Positions 27,901 to 37,892 of a stretch of 64,000 nucleotides of DNA are shown piece after piece (within the stretch, counting starts at the first letter, position 1; every line of letters begins with the position of its first letter). Origin of the DNA: a virus; the IMG/VR virus record IMGVR_UViG_3300046457_000143, positions 1 to 64,000 of that record; one strand, 5' to 3'. The notes below the pieces were generated by a model. The model was not told the origin of the DNA and made no database searches. It saw nothing but the letters and a program-made list of their open reading frames with translations. The translations under genes and the position numbers were made by a program.

Positions 27901-30900
27901 AGCGGATTGCGGAGTCGTACCGTGCGGGTGATCTCGACACTGCCCGGCTCCAGCTTCTCGATCTCCAGAAGTTTGCCCACAGCCAGCAGAACAAGCTCGC
28001 TGCGATCAACCAGGCGCTGGCTGGCGGGAATACGGATAAGAGTAACGCGGTCCACTACGAGGCTCTCTCGGGGAATGCTGACCGTTCGTTCTATACCAGC
28101 GAGGAGGGTGTCTGGGTTGACCCGGTTCACTTCGGATCGGTTCGTCTTGCCCGTCGGGTAGCCTCCGAGGCCAGGTTCCTCACTGATCTGTCGAACCACC
28201 TTGCAACGGCGTACCCTGATCTGGGTGTTGAACATCTGGCAAATACCTCGCTGGATTCCCGTCTGGCAGACGGTACGGTTAGTGAAGTGGTGCAGGGCTT
28301 CAAGAGTGGCGCCCGGTCGGTCAATTCTGGTACGTCCGAGGCAAAGAGCCAAGAGACGAAACAACCCGTTACGACTGCCGAGACTGTAGCAAAGGCCGAG
28401 GTAAAAGATGCTGCCGCAACGGCCGCTGAACCTGTAAACACTGCCGCAGCAGTGCAGGAAGTCAAGGAAGCGCCGGCAGTCAAAGTCGAGCAGGCAACTG
28501 AGACAGCTCCTTCTTCTGGCTCACAGACCAAGGAAACTTCCAATCAAGGAACCAAGGAGGAAGTGAAGCCCCGCAAGCCTACTGTCCTGACTGCACTGAA
28601 GGATGCCTCGGATGCCGATCTCATTGCCCAGTTCGCAGATCTCTCCGGCCAGGCCAGGCGCTCGGTCGGTGAGCAGGCCGTGATGGAAGCCGTGCGCAAG
28701 GAGTTGGGCCGCCGTGGTATCGAGGCAGCCTCCGAGTCCGACCCGAAGCAGGGTGTGGCCGCAGCGTTCCCCTTCCTGGTTCAGCCTGGCGCCGAAGGCA
28801 ATGCCTTCACGAACAGCTTCCGTCTGGCCAAGGCCGATGCGAAGGGTAACCCGCCGTCGAACATCCTCACGCACGAGGCGCCGCTCGCCGGTATCGGGGA
28901 TGGCGTGAAGCAGCAGATCCGTGTGATGCCGGCCAAGGCAGGCAAGGGTGTGTACGAGTCGTACAAGTCGGTCTTCAATGGCGCCAATGAAGTCGCCAAA
29001 ATCATGCGCGCCAACCTGCAGCACTTCCTCACCGAGAACGAGGATCGCAAGAGTGGCAAGAAGCGCACGCCGGTAGGTGAGCGTTTCCGGGATGGTGTCG
29101 AGGCGCACCGCTGGCAGGCTGGCAAGGTGCTGAACCTGACCGAGGACACGGGCACGACCTTCCACTACAACGAGCAGCTCCTGCAAGGCTCGGTACTCGC
29201 TGGCATGAGCTGGTGGCTGACCTCCGGCCAGCAGGGCGGTGTCTACGATGAGAAGGGTGCAGCCGAGAATCTCGGTGTGGGTGAGCAGGTCGTCGGTGAC
29301 GACATCATGAACCGGGTGAAGGGCACCACGTCCACGCTCGATGCACTCGACTCGCTGGCGGCCAAGATCACCCAGTACTGGGGTGTGCGTGCGAATGTCG
29401 ACGCACAGGAAGGTCTCGCTCAGGGCATCCCCCTGTCGATGGCCGCTGAAGTGCTGCGTGGCCTGACCGCTGCGGGCTATCTGGAAGTGGATAACTTCTA
29501 CGTCCATCCGACCGAAGTCGACACGATCTTCGACAACCCGACGGCTGACGAGATCAAGGAGATGGGCCTCAAGCACATCCAGCGTCTGGTGACGGTAAAG
29601 ACCGACAACGAGCGCAACAGCAAGGACAAGCGGGAAGTCCTCAACAGCGAGATGCTGGCGAACCTGCGCAAGTATCCGGACCTGATCGAGCGTGCAGTGC
29701 TGAATGATCCCACGCCGGCGTACTACTTCAGCGGTGCCCGCCCGAAGGTGGCCACCGAGCAGATGCGCAACGAGTTCGTGAAGAACACGCAGGACCAGCT
29801 CACGGCAATAAAGAATGAGCAGGAGACGCCGAACTACCTGAACGGGACCATGGCGAACCTGTACTTCGACATGGGCCGTGATGTTGCGCTGCGCTGGTTC
29901 GGTGCTGGTGACCTGACCGATCGCACGCTCAATGTGAACCACGAGCTGAGCCTTGTCGGCCAGAACCGCTCCATCTCGCAGGCCTTCGACGAGTTCGAGA
30001 ACCTGCATGCGGCACTCACCGGCGAAGCGGAACTGAAGGGTATCCCCGTCACCGATGTGCCGACGCACTACGGCTACAACATGAGCCGGGTGGGCCGGAT
30101 GCAGATGCTCGGCAAGTTCAATCCGCAAAGCACGAAGTTCATTCGTGAGGTCATGCTGCCGACCCGTAGCACGCTCGACCTGTCCAACGCCGACCAGCGC
30201 CGGGCATTCGATCTGGGTCTCGCCCAGGCACTCGGTATCAAGGTCCACAACGAGACCTATGAAGTCGTGCAGGCCAAGCTGGAGACGCTCCTCGGCAAGA
30301 CCTTCAAGCCGGCCGTCGATCACCTTCAGCAATGGCTGAATGGCAAGGCCGACTTCGACACCTTGCCCATCGAGAATGCGTTCCGTGCGGCGGGGCTGCC
30401 CATCTCTCCCCTGGCTCTGCATGCGCTCACGGAGTGGGCACGTCATGAGAATGCGAGCGCTGATGAGCGCAAGGCTTTCACCACGACTGCCTACCTCGAA
30501 GCTGACGGCATGACCAATGGTCCGGTTAACGCCATGGCGCTGCTCTCGGTCGGCCCGTTCGATGAACAGTGGGTGACCAACATGCGCCGGGGTGGTCTTG
30601 TCATTGGCGGCAATGAGTCGAACACCTCGCAGTGGATCCGCAACCAGCCGGACAATGCCGACCTGTACGCGGTGGCCACCGATCGCCTGAAGAGTCACAT
30701 CACGGATCTGAAGGCCTACTTCGCCAACCGGCAGATGGTCGACCTGCAGAACCAGATGGAGCACATGCAGTCGCTGATGAACCTGTTCCTGCCGGATCTG
30801 GAATATGACGGCAAGACGCTCTCGATCGGCCGGGGTGTGGCGAAGAACCCGCTGACCATCACCATCTACGGCTCAGGTGAGCGGGGCATTGCCGGCAAGA

Positions 30901-33900
30901 TCGCCCGCACGATGACCGCCGAGATCTACGCGCGTATGAGCAATGCAGCGCAGCTGATGGCTGATGCTGAGCGGGGCAAGCAAGAGATCACGCCGGCGCA
31001 GGCATTCTTTCCGAATGACCCGATGGCCGCGGAGAACTGGAACCGCTTCAAGCAGCACATGAACGCACTCACCAACAGCGTGGCCATGAGCTACGACGGT
31101 GACTACACGTTCGAGGAAAAGCCGACGAAGCCTAACGAAACGGGCGGTGATCCGCAGGCCTATACGCTGGCCACCGACGAGCTGAAGAACCTGACGACCA
31201 ACATCCAGCACCTGTTCGTGAAGCCGCTGACGAGAGCCATCGGTGACACGGTCGGCAATACCGACAAGGGTGCGACGATGGTCCGCATGGCCACGCAGTC
31301 ACAGTCGATCATCCTGAAGCGCCTGTTCCTCAACGGTGTCGAAGCGGCACTGGAAAAGCGTGCTGCGGCTGACCCGACCTTCAAGAAGAGCGACTTCCTG
31401 TCGGCCAGGGAAGTGCGGGCCGTGCTCGACTCGCTGGAGGCTTACCACCCACTGCTGCAGTCCGACGACCAGACGTTCTTCGTGGCCGGTAACTCATCGA
31501 GCTACACGAACAGCTCGCCGTTCGGTATGGCGCTCGATGACTCGTTCCGCTCGCCGGGCTTCGTCTATGGCCCGGACAATGCTGGTGTGGCGGGTATCCC
31601 GTTCCTGAACATCGGTATGGGCGACGGCCGGATGATGCAGATCCTGGCCAACGATCCGCGCATTGCCCGCACGCTCAAGATATTCGACGGCATGAACATG
31701 CCGCTCGACTCGATCATGGAGCAGAGCCGCGCCGCCAACGAGGCGGTCCTCGAGAGCTGGAAGGGCAATCCGCTTCAGGTGGTGCTCGATTCGTTCCGCC
31801 CGTTCATGGAGCAGGTGGAGAAAGACGGCATCGGCTCGCTCAAGATGACCCCGGATGAAGAGCTGGCACTGGCCAAGGCAATCTTCGGCCTCAATGTGAA
31901 GGCCGGTGAAGTGACCCTGGAGGAATCGTTCGACCGCATGAAGGAGTTGGTCTCCTACGTGGAGCGTGGCGCCATGCAGGTGGAAGCCCGTCACCGGGTG
32001 CTCGACCAGCTCAATCTCTCCCTGGATCAGATGTCCTCGGCAGGGGCGCCGCATGTCGTTGAAAACAAACTGCAAATTTCGGGTACCGATAAGGAGATCG
32101 CTGACCAGATGGCGAAGCTGTACGCCGATGAGCTGGCGAAGATCAAGGTTGAGCGCGGTCTCGTCAAGGAAGATGCCCCGCAGCGTGCTCCCGAAGAAAC
32201 GGCTGCACATACCGCAGCAGTGGAGTCGGAAAACATCGCCGGCCAGATCAACCAGTATGGCCGTGTCAACAAGGCCACCGGTGTCCGGGTGCTCTCGCCG
32301 TCGGCCATCAAGAAGCTGACGAAGGGTCTGGAGAATATCCCGGCCCATCAGAAGGCACTGCTCAACGAGATCCGCCTGTCGTTGTCGACGAAGGGCTACT
32401 CGGTGGTGACGGGTACCGCTGAGCAGCTGGCCGCTTACGCGCGGAACCAGGGGGACGAACAGTCCGTCTCGCTCAACCGTGGCGACTCGGGTGTGACGCT
32501 GCCGGCCAGCAAGCGGATCTATATCCTGAACCCGGATAGCGAGGTGCTCACGCACGAACTCATCCATGCGGCAACGTATGAGACGGTGCTGGCCTACTAT
32601 GAGGCCTACGAAGCAGACACTGGCCGGGCAGGTGATCCGGCGTATCCGGGTGGCCAGAACTCGGGTGAGGTCATCAACGCCATCCAGCGTATCGAGCAGA
32701 TGCTCGAACAGTTCCGCAACCTGGATGTGTCGAAAGAATCGCTCGGCACGCAGCAGGCCTACGCCGACGCCATGGCGGCGATCAACCAGGCCTCCGGTCA
32801 GGACGCCATCTCCAAGGCCCGTGCGCTGAACGAGTTCATGGCCTGGGCACTGGCGAACAAGAATCTGGCGGAGCTCGCCGGCAGGACCAAGGTCTCTCCC
32901 CTGGTTCAGCTGGCGAAAGCCGCATTCGATGCGATCAAGTCGCTGATCTGGGGCCGCAAGCGTGTGGCCGATCCGAAGCCGGGTGACGATCTGTTCAGCA
33001 ACCTGCTGTTCAACTCGTCGATCGTGATGCGATCGCAGCCGACACCGCAACAGGCGCTCTCGGCCACGGCGCTCTATCACTCCTCGAGCTACGGCACCAA
33101 CAGCCGGCTGGCGGACTACAACCAGACGTTCGCCCGCATGCTGGAGAACTTCCGCACGCAGCCGGATCGCAAGGACCAGCCCACCACGTTCAAGGCGCAG
33201 GTCAACTTCGCCGCCGTGCAGGCAGCAGGCCTTGCCGTCTCGCTGCGTGGACTGGGCTTCCTGACGACGCCACAGGAAGCCTCGACCTTCGAGCTGGTGG
33301 CCGCCGTCCTCGGCACGCAGATGCACCTGGATGCCAACTCCCTTGCTCTGGCTCAGGAACTGTACCAGCACGTCGTGAAGAACCTCGAAACCGAGCACTT
33401 CATGCGGACCAAGTCTGAAGAGAACGATCAGGGGGACCGCCACCAGGCGCAGCAGAAGTACAACGCCATCATCGGTGACTTCGGTTCGACCAAAGACCGC
33501 AGTGGACGCAGCTCGCTGCTGCCGGTGTTCATTGGTCTGGCCATTGTCGATGACCAGTTCCGGGACATCCTGAACACGATCGGTCTGCCGGAGAAGATGA
33601 AGAGCACGGCGAACTCCAGGGTCGATGCGATGCTGGAGAACTTCTTCGGTGGCCTGACGCAGCGGCTGGCCGAGCGCACCGCAGGTCTGAAGAATGAGCC
33701 GACCGTGGGTGCTGCGATCGACGCACTGCTGCAGCACGTCATGAAGGTGGCGGCCGAGCGTGAGGACTACATGAGCGTCACGGGTGCCGAGACGTTCCTC
33801 GACACGCTCGACCGCAAGGTGGTAGAGGCGGTGACGGCACTGTCCGACAAGGGCGTCGATGCGATGCAGAAGATCATCGACGATCCGAAGTCCTCGCCCA

Positions 33901-36446
33901 TGGCAAGGAACGCCGCCAAGTATGCGCAGCTCTCGTTCAAGATGGCGACCGAGAAGGGCGGCAATGAAGTGGCCGAGTCGGTGGTGGAGCTGATGAACCG
34001 GGCCAATGCGTGGCAGCCGCTGCATGACCTCGTCTATGACTTCGTCGGCCGCACTGAACAGAACGCTCCGGTCTACGACATGCTGAAGCTCGTGCATAGC
34101 CAGGTCTCACAGGATCGTCAGAACTACCGTGAGCAGGTGCCGTCGATCATCGCCTCGAAGTTCACGCGTGAGCTGGAGGATCACGAGTGGACGACGCTGC
34201 ACCGGGCACTGACGAAGACCGACATTGCCTCGCTGCGTCAGTCGCTGTCGAACGCCGAGATCACCGAGATCCTGGGTGATGCCAAGCAGCATTCGGCAGC
34301 GATCGATGCACTGGAAAAGCAGCTCCAGGATGCCGAGCCGAAGTGGTTCGCCGCACGCCAGAAGAAGGCGCAGCAGCTCGCCCGCTACATGATGACCAGT
34401 GAAGTCGGCCAGAACCTGCTGAGGAATGCCCATGCGGTGGCGCACCTCTGGGGCGAGAACAACCGTCCGAAGAGCGCCGGCGAGCATATCGTCAGCATGG
34501 TCGACCAGCTGACCACGCTCTATGCGCTGGAGCATCTCACGCCGACCGAGCGGAGCAATCTCCTTTCCCTGGTTCAACAGGAGGCCGCAGGCATCGCCTA
34601 CTCGACGGACTACCTGACAGGCCAGCGTGCGGAAGAGCAGCGCAAGATGAACACCCGCAGCGGCCGCGCACTGGCCAATGCCTTCAAGGGCTACGTGCCC
34701 GAGCAGACCGCTGGCGGTGTGCATCTGGTCGTGGCGGATGACAAGGAATACCAGCAGTGGACCGAACGGGCCTACGAGCGCCTCGGTGACTATCAGGGTT
34801 CCACCGCTGATGGAACCAAGGGAAGGATGGGGTATTACTTCTCCGGCACGTCCCCGAAGAATGTGTTCCTGCAGGGGATGTTCCAGAACGTGCGGCATAC
34901 CGCAGGTGGCGTGGACATCCTCACGGGTTACAACAACTCGACGATGACGGCGGGCCGCATCACCGACCGGGAGCAGGTAGCACGTATTGCCCTGAACCTG
35001 CGCTTCGAGAAGGGCAACGAGCCGCTCATGCCAATCTACGACCGCAACGGCGGCGTGGTCGGCTTCGAGCGTTCGATCGACCCGGAGATGCTGGCGAAGA
35101 TCCAGACGCCGCAGAACATGGCCAACCAGATCGGTGCCTGGCGTGGCCGGCAGGTCGAGGAGGAGAAAGCGCAGCGTTTCAACAATGCGTTGATCGATGC
35201 CCTGCACGACCGCTACAAGTCGGACATGAAGCAGAGCGGCAGCAATGCGCTCGGCTACGTGAACCTGTTCGACAAGGCTTACCTCAAGACCAATCCGGTG
35301 ATTGCCGATGCAGTCAAGCTCTGGACGCCGGAGACCCGCTCGGCCATCAAGGCAGCATTTGGCGAAGATGCTTTCTGGGTGCCCAAGGACATGCTGCACG
35401 ATGTAACGGGTTACCGTCAGGCATCAGTGGGTGACGTGTGGACGGGTAACTCCCGCTGGTCCAAGGAGACTCAGGACTTTGTGCGCCGGACTCTCATTGG
35501 TATGTTCGGCAACAAGGCCTACGAATACTTCGTCAACGGCGAGAAGATGTTGCAGAACTTCATTGGTGATGCCAAGACACTGATCGTAGTGAAGAGTGTT
35601 GTGGTGCCGATGGTCAACGCAATGGGCAATGTGTTGCAACTCATGAGCCGCGGAGTGCCGATCAAGCACATCATGACCAGTGTTCCGAAGAAGATTGCCG
35701 AGACTAACCTGTATGTGAAGCAACGTCAGAAGCAGATCGAGATCGAGGCAGATCTGCGCACTGCAACTGATGACGTGGTGCAGACCCGTCAGCTTCAGAC
35801 TCAGTGGCAGGTGATTGAGGATGGCTTCAAGCGTCTGTCGATCTACCCGCTCATTGCCAATGGTGAGTTCACGGCGATTTCGGATGCCTCGAAGGTGGGT
35901 TCAGATGATGTTGCTCTGACTTCGGGCAAGTGGCACTCGTTCATGGAGGCACAGGTTGCGAAGTTGCCGAAGTCCTTCCAGACCGCTGCACGGTACGCCC
36001 TGGTGACCAAGGACACCGCACTGTACAAGGGTCTGCAGAAATCTGTGGAGTATGGCGACTTCATCGCCAAGGCTGTGCTGTATGACGACCTGACGGGTCG
36101 CAAGGGGCTGAACCAGGAGAAGGCACTGGGCCGGATCACCGAGGAGTTCGTGAACTACGACAAGCTGCCGGGACGTTTCCGGGGCTACCTCGAATCCGTG
36201 GGCCTGCTGTGGTTCTACAACTTCAAGATCCGGGCGACGAAGACGGCCATGTCGATGCTGCGCAATAATCCGGTGCATTCGATGCTGGCCTACAGCCTAC
36301 CGCTGCCGGACCTGTTCAGCTCGGTGGGCACGCCGCTCTCGGACAACTTCATTGCGAAGCTGTTCTCCGGACAGATCGGGTATAGCTGGGGGCTGGGCCA
36401 GCTGCTCCATGCTCCGCAGATGAACCCGTGGGTGAACATCCTGTAA
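24942..36446 (+). CDS. Virion-encapsidated RNA polymerase (N4 gp50), 3834 aa
   Basis: RVGRMQM; motif A EADGMTNG; motif B RGVAKNPLTITIYG; motif C IFDG; no Cys seen on reading; size and position. Confidence 0.97.
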   Translation: MADLNNLLASAAGSTPTSADLAYEQARQQGDGQLARGLGSLGAGISAGLGKLGDLTNSHLVTPSSTAPVPVQNPNSLDAVSARVTASLAPLAPNKQASVAEKMSGLTGESYYPIAVADSRQSDAGLQSAGEVEKDLRTMDQISFVLKYGNEGQKMLDRYNSASRDVSQQNINDRNWGETLKDSANSLVTAPITGLTSIAAWGAGQLNAGVGAEIAKNTADFASKMQGLKSQKAQDTAAQNAAISPLQDRDNEQQYQADLKSGSSNIVATARKVGRDFMAGAANEFSNPTTLAEGSANALGSLLVSAPIGGAISKVAAPITKALLPESARLGIALSADTSRALGERSASRLLDAAIQKGETHLPMAASVALQEGGGAYQQTASDVMGTDLDTLAQQSPTFQKLVAGGMKPEDARAELANQAGQAAAPKQAAVGALTGWAVAPFEAHPFQVGSARAFVQNALVKEPLEEGVQNATGQFFQNQAERDTGVDPAKDLFDSVGRQAAQGAIYGAAAAGTTAAPGAALSTTARAALGAGALTVKGAKALADRAPDALSAVADSTPRNLQDVKDTLSSVYDAAANVGGKVADVASKAGNAAADLSFGYAPNVSGKVADAYDYTKAKAQKGIDAVKSKFPDVKDAAGNVADAVTGAVTGAREKAADAADVNFGGVVRNAASLARSGLSAVKPYISRVTDYFANRGDAVMKVNERNSPVSDETMAGASQELAAQNGQLDALKQEIADTPDVGDDVKARATDYAERAARITQLPPEQTATWHPAVQAVVGNTTDRYAAIQRMQSFLADTKHSDADRLAVAAQLQAEKEDLHGLADANPRQLDGLPEDHGLRSYAQGAAAFVQGISQTPGMSRADRAAVPLIKRAAEIIKPLTEERVNTPEGQADAKTIANLAEVAPTELPEGSIQTALKHASKLGLNPNQKRSLQTADGLLKSAKDHFDRLVANGDKPLSPKDLVTKQVTAGESDHPFKKSAAQHAQRIAESYRAGDLDTARLQLLDLQKFAHSQQNKLAAINQALAGGNTDKSNAVHYEALSGNADRSFYTSEEGVWVDPVHFGSVRLARRVASEARFLTDLSNHLATAYPDLGVEHLANTSLDSRLADGTVSEVVQGFKSGARSVNSGTSEAKSQETKQPVTTAETVAKAEVKDAAATAAEPVNTAAAVQEVKEAPAVKVEQATETAPSSGSQTKETSNQGTKEEVKPRKPTVLTALKDASDADLIAQFADLSGQARRSVGEQAVMEAVRKELGRRGIEAASESDPKQGVAAAFPFLVQPGAEGNAFTNSFRLAKADAKGNPPSNILTHEAPLAGIGDGVKQQIRVMPAKAGKGVYESYKSVFNGANEVAKIMRANLQHFLTENEDRKSGKKRTPVGERFRDGVEAHRWQAGKVLNLTEDTGTTFHYNEQLLQGSVLAGMSWWLTSGQQGGVYDEKGAAENLGVGEQVVGDDIMNRVKGTTSTLDALDSLAAKITQYWGVRANVDAQEGLAQGIPLSMAAEVLRGLTAAGYLEVDNFYVHPTEVDTIFDNPTADEIKEMGLKHIQRLVTVKTDNERNSKDKREVLNSEMLANLRKYPDLIERAVLNDPTPAYYFSGARPKVATEQMRNEFVKNTQDQLTAIKNEQETPNYLNGTMANLYFDMGRDVALRWFGAGDLTDRTLNVNHELSLVGQNRSISQAFDEFENLHAALTGEAELKGIPVTDVPTHYGYNMSRVGRMQMLGKFNPQSTKFIREVMLPTRSTLDLSNADQRRAFDLGLAQALGIKVHNETYEVVQAKLETLLGKTFKPAVDHLQQWLNGKADFDTLPIENAFRAAGLPISPLALHALTEWARHENASADERKAFTTTAYLEADGMTNGPVNAMALLSVGPFDEQWVTNMRRGGLVIGGNESNTSQWIRNQPDNADLYAVATDRLKSHITDLKAYFANRQMVDLQNQMEHMQSLMNLFLPDLEYDGKTLSIGRGVAKNPLTITIYGSGERGIAGKIARTMTAEIYARMSNAAQLMADAERGKQEITPAQAFFPNDPMAAENWNRFKQHMNALTNSVAMSYDGDYTFEEKPTKPNETGGDPQAYTLATDELKNLTTNIQHLFVKPLTRAIGDTVGNTDKGATMVRMATQSQSIILKRLFLNGVEAALEKRAAADPTFKKSDFLSAREVRAVLDSLEAYHPLLQSDDQTFFVAGNSSSYTNSSPFGMALDDSFRSPGFVYGPDNAGVAGIPFLNIGMGDGRMMQILANDPRIARTLKIFDGMNMPLDSIMEQSRAANEAVLESWKGNPLQVVLDSFRPFMEQVEKDGIGSLKMTPDEELALAKAIFGLNVKAGEVTLEESFDRMKELVSYVERGAMQVEARHRVLDQLNLSLDQMSSAGAPHVVENKLQISGTDKEIADQMAKLYADELAKIKVERGLVKEDAPQRAPEETAAHTAAVESENIAGQINQYGRVNKATGVRVLSPSAIKKLTKGLENIPAHQKALLNEIRLSLSTKGYSVVTGTAEQLAAYARNQGDEQSVSLNRGDSGVTLPASKRIYILNPDSEVLTHELIHAATYETVLAYYEAYEADTGRAGDPAYPGGQNSGEVINAIQRIEQMLEQFRNLDVSKESLGTQQAYADAMAAINQASGQDAISKARALNEFMAWALANKNLAELAGRTKVSPLVQLAKAAFDAIKSLIWGRKRVADPKPGDDLFSNLLFNSSIVMRSQPTPQQALSATALYHSSSYGTNSRLADYNQTFARMLENFRTQPDRKDQPTTFKAQVNFAAVQAAGLAVSLRGLGFLTTPQEASTFELVAAVLGTQMHLDANSLALAQELYQHVVKNLETEHFMRTKSEENDQGDRHQAQQKYNAIIGDFGSTKDRSGRSSLLPVFIGLAIVDDQFRDILNTIGLPEKMKSTANSRVDAMLENFFGGLTQRLAERTAGLKNEPTVGAAIDALLQHVMKVAAEREDYMSVTGAETFLDTLDRKVVEAVTALSDKGVDAMQKIIDDPKSSPMARNAAKYAQLSFKMATEKGGNEVAESVVELMNRANAWQPLHDLVYDFVGRTEQNAPVYDMLKLVHSQVSQDRQNYREQVPSIIASKFTRELEDHEWTTLHRALTKTDIASLRQSLSNAEITEILGDAKQHSAAIDALEKQLQDAEPKWFAARQKKAQQLARYMMTSEVGQNLLRNAHAVAHLWGENNRPKSAGEHIVSMVDQLTTLYALEHLTPTERSNLLSLVQQEAAGIAYSTDYLTGQRAEEQRKMNTRSGRALANAFKGYVPEQTAGGVHLVVADDKEYQQWTERAYERLGDYQGSTADGTKGRMGYYFSGTSPKNVFLQGMFQNVRHTAGGVDILTGYNNSTMTAGRITDREQVARIALNLRFEKGNEPLMPIYDRNGGVVGFERSIDPEMLAKIQTPQNMANQIGAWRGRQVEEEKAQRFNNALIDALHDRYKSDMKQSGSNALGYVNLFDKAYLKTNPVIADAVKLWTPETRSAIKAAFGEDAFWVPKDMLHDVTGYRQASVGDVWTGNSRWSKETQDFVRRTLIGMFGNKAYEYFVNGEKMLQNFIGDAKTLIVVKSVVVPMVNAMGNVLQLMSRGVPIKHIMTSVPKKIAETNLYVKQRQKQIEIEADLRTATDDVVQTRQLQTQWQVIEDGFKRLSIYPLIANGEFTAISDASKVGSDDVALTSGKWHSFMEAQVAKLPKSFQTAARYALVTKDTALYKGLQKSVEYGDFIAKAVLYDDLTGRKGLNQEKALGRITEEFVNYDKLPGRFRGYLESVGLLWFYNFKIRATKTAMSMLRNNPVHSMLAYSLPLPDLFSSVGTPLSDNFIAKLFSGQIGYSWGLGQLLHAPQMNPWVNIL

Positions 36447-36449
36447 ATG

Positions 36450-36483
36450 AAAAAGGCCTCCAGCAATGGAGGCCTTCTTGTTT
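36450..36483. terminator. Bidirectional terminator where late and middle operons converge
   Basis: AAAAAGGCCTCCA-GCAA-TGGAGGCCTTCTTGTTT. Confidence 0.85.
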
Positions 36484-36604
36484 GGGTGGGGAATCGAGCA
36501 TAGGGTCTCGATTCCCCTGACCGTCTTTAGCTTAGTGTCCAACTGTGTTGCCACGGTCGTCCGGACATCTCCACTCTCTCAGGGCGAAGGATCACATCTT
36601 ACAA

Positions 36605-36778
36605 CTATCGGCGGGGCCGTCTCTTCTCTGGCTCAGGTGCTTTGCTGGCGAGCCAGCAGACGATCCCGATGATGGCGAGTATCGCCAGATAGGGGGCCAT
36701 CGAGACCACCATCGCCGTGATGGCGATGAAGGCGATCACGAAGACCACCACTATCAACAGGACCGACAGCACGTTCAT
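36605..36778 (-). CDS. Small 2-TM membrane protein, 57 aa (missing from ORF track)
   Basis: MNVLSVLLIVVVFVIAFIAITAMVVSMAPYLAILAIIGIVCWLASKAPEPEKRRPRR; TGATG coupling to upstream gene. Confidence 0.75.
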   Translation of the reverse strand: MNVLSVLLIVVVFVIAFIAITAMVVSMAPYLAILAIIGIVCWLASKAPEPEKRRPRR

Positions 36779-37311
36779 CAGCCGTTGCTGATGCGCTTGA
36801 GGTTCGGGAACAGCGAGCGGCCAGCGGGCTTGGCTTCAGCGGCCGGCTGTGCACCGGTTTCGCCGTCGCCGGTGTCGGCTTGCTGCTGCGGCTCGTCACC
36901 AGCTTCCGCCGTATTCGTCGGCTCCGTCGAGCCGGTATTCTGGTCGGAGCCGGTCGAGCCAGCGAGCTGTTCCTGCGTGAACTGCTGGGCGCCTTCCTGG
37001 ACGGCCTGGTTGCTCACCGGGGGCTGTTCCTGCTTCCCCTGGTTCAGCTCCGGGCTGCCCTTGGGCGCCGCAATGGTAACGCCTGCCTTGGGCGTGAAGG
37101 CCGGAGCCGGGGTCGGTGCCGGCGCTGCGGCCTTCGCCTTGTTCTGTGCTGCCGGCACGATGTCGATGTTGGCCGTGAAGCCGGCATCGCCGCGCGTGGA
37201 GCGCAGATCGATGGTGATCTCCATGCCTTCCTTGATCGAGACCTGTTGCTCGATGTGGGCGCGGATAGCGGCTTCGATTTCTGCCTGAACGATGATGATC
37301 TGCATGGTCAT
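36778..37311 (-). CDS. Conserved hypothetical protein (N4 gp47-like)
   Basis: MQIIIVQAEIEAAIR...IDLRSTRG..GFTA; disordered middle; SLFPNLK tail. Confidence 0.75.
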   Translation of the reverse strand: MTMQIIIVQAEIEAAIRAHIEQQVSIKEGMEITIDLRSTRGDAGFTANIDIVPAAQNKAKAAAPAPTPAPAFTPKAGVTIAAPKGSPELNQGKQEQPPVSNQAVQEGAQQFTQEQLAGSTGSDQNTGSTEPTNTAEAGDEPQQQADTGDGETGAQPAAEAKPAGRSLFPNLKRISNG

Positions 37312-37886
37312 ACCTTTGCGAAAAGTCGCATGAGTGTTTGAAACGCGGGAGTCCGTACTCCCGCATGAATGGCTGCTATGGCGTCGGCGCAATGCTCTGA
37401 CTCGTTCTTCAGGTCACCCTTCCTGTGCTTGGCCCCGTTCTTTTCCTGCCGGGGCCATGGCGCATCCGGGTACTCCATTACTGCTGCATCGATCATCTGC
37501 TTCTTGGTGGCGTTGCGATTGCCCGTGAGGGATTCCTTCACGTCCAGCGCATCCACCTGGATGATCTCGATGCCTGCGAGCCGCATGGCACCCAAGATTC
37601 CACAGACAATCCCGTAAGACTTCATGCCGTAGGCAGACTGGCTGCCTACCGGCACTTCCGCAAAAACCACGTTGCACTTCTGAGCCAGGGGAAAGATGCC
37701 CCGGCACAGCTCGGTGGCGAGATGCACGTCACTGGAGTTCTTGCGTACCTGCTTGCCGTCCAGATCCTCACCTTTAATGATGAGGATCTGGTTCAGCTCG
37801 AACACGCCAGAGTCCAGATCCAGCATCCCTTCGGCCAGACCCCAGTTGCGGTAACTAGGGTCCATGCCCAGAACGCGGACCTTCAT
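37308..37886 (-). CDS. RuvC-like Holliday junction resolvase
   Basis: VLGMDPS; FAEVPVGSQ; ATKKQMI; EHCADAIAA. Confidence 0.85.
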   Translation of the reverse strand: MKVRVLGMDPSYRNWGLAEGMLDLDSGVFELNQILIIKGEDLDGKQVRKNSSDVHLATELCRGIFPLAQKCNVVFAEVPVGSQSAYGMKSYGIVCGILGAMRLAGIEIIQVDALDVKESLTGNRNATKKQMIDAAVMEYPDAPWPRQEKNGAKHRKGDLKNESEHCADAIAAIHAGVRTPAFQTLMRLFAKV

Positions 37887-37892
37887 GGCGCT

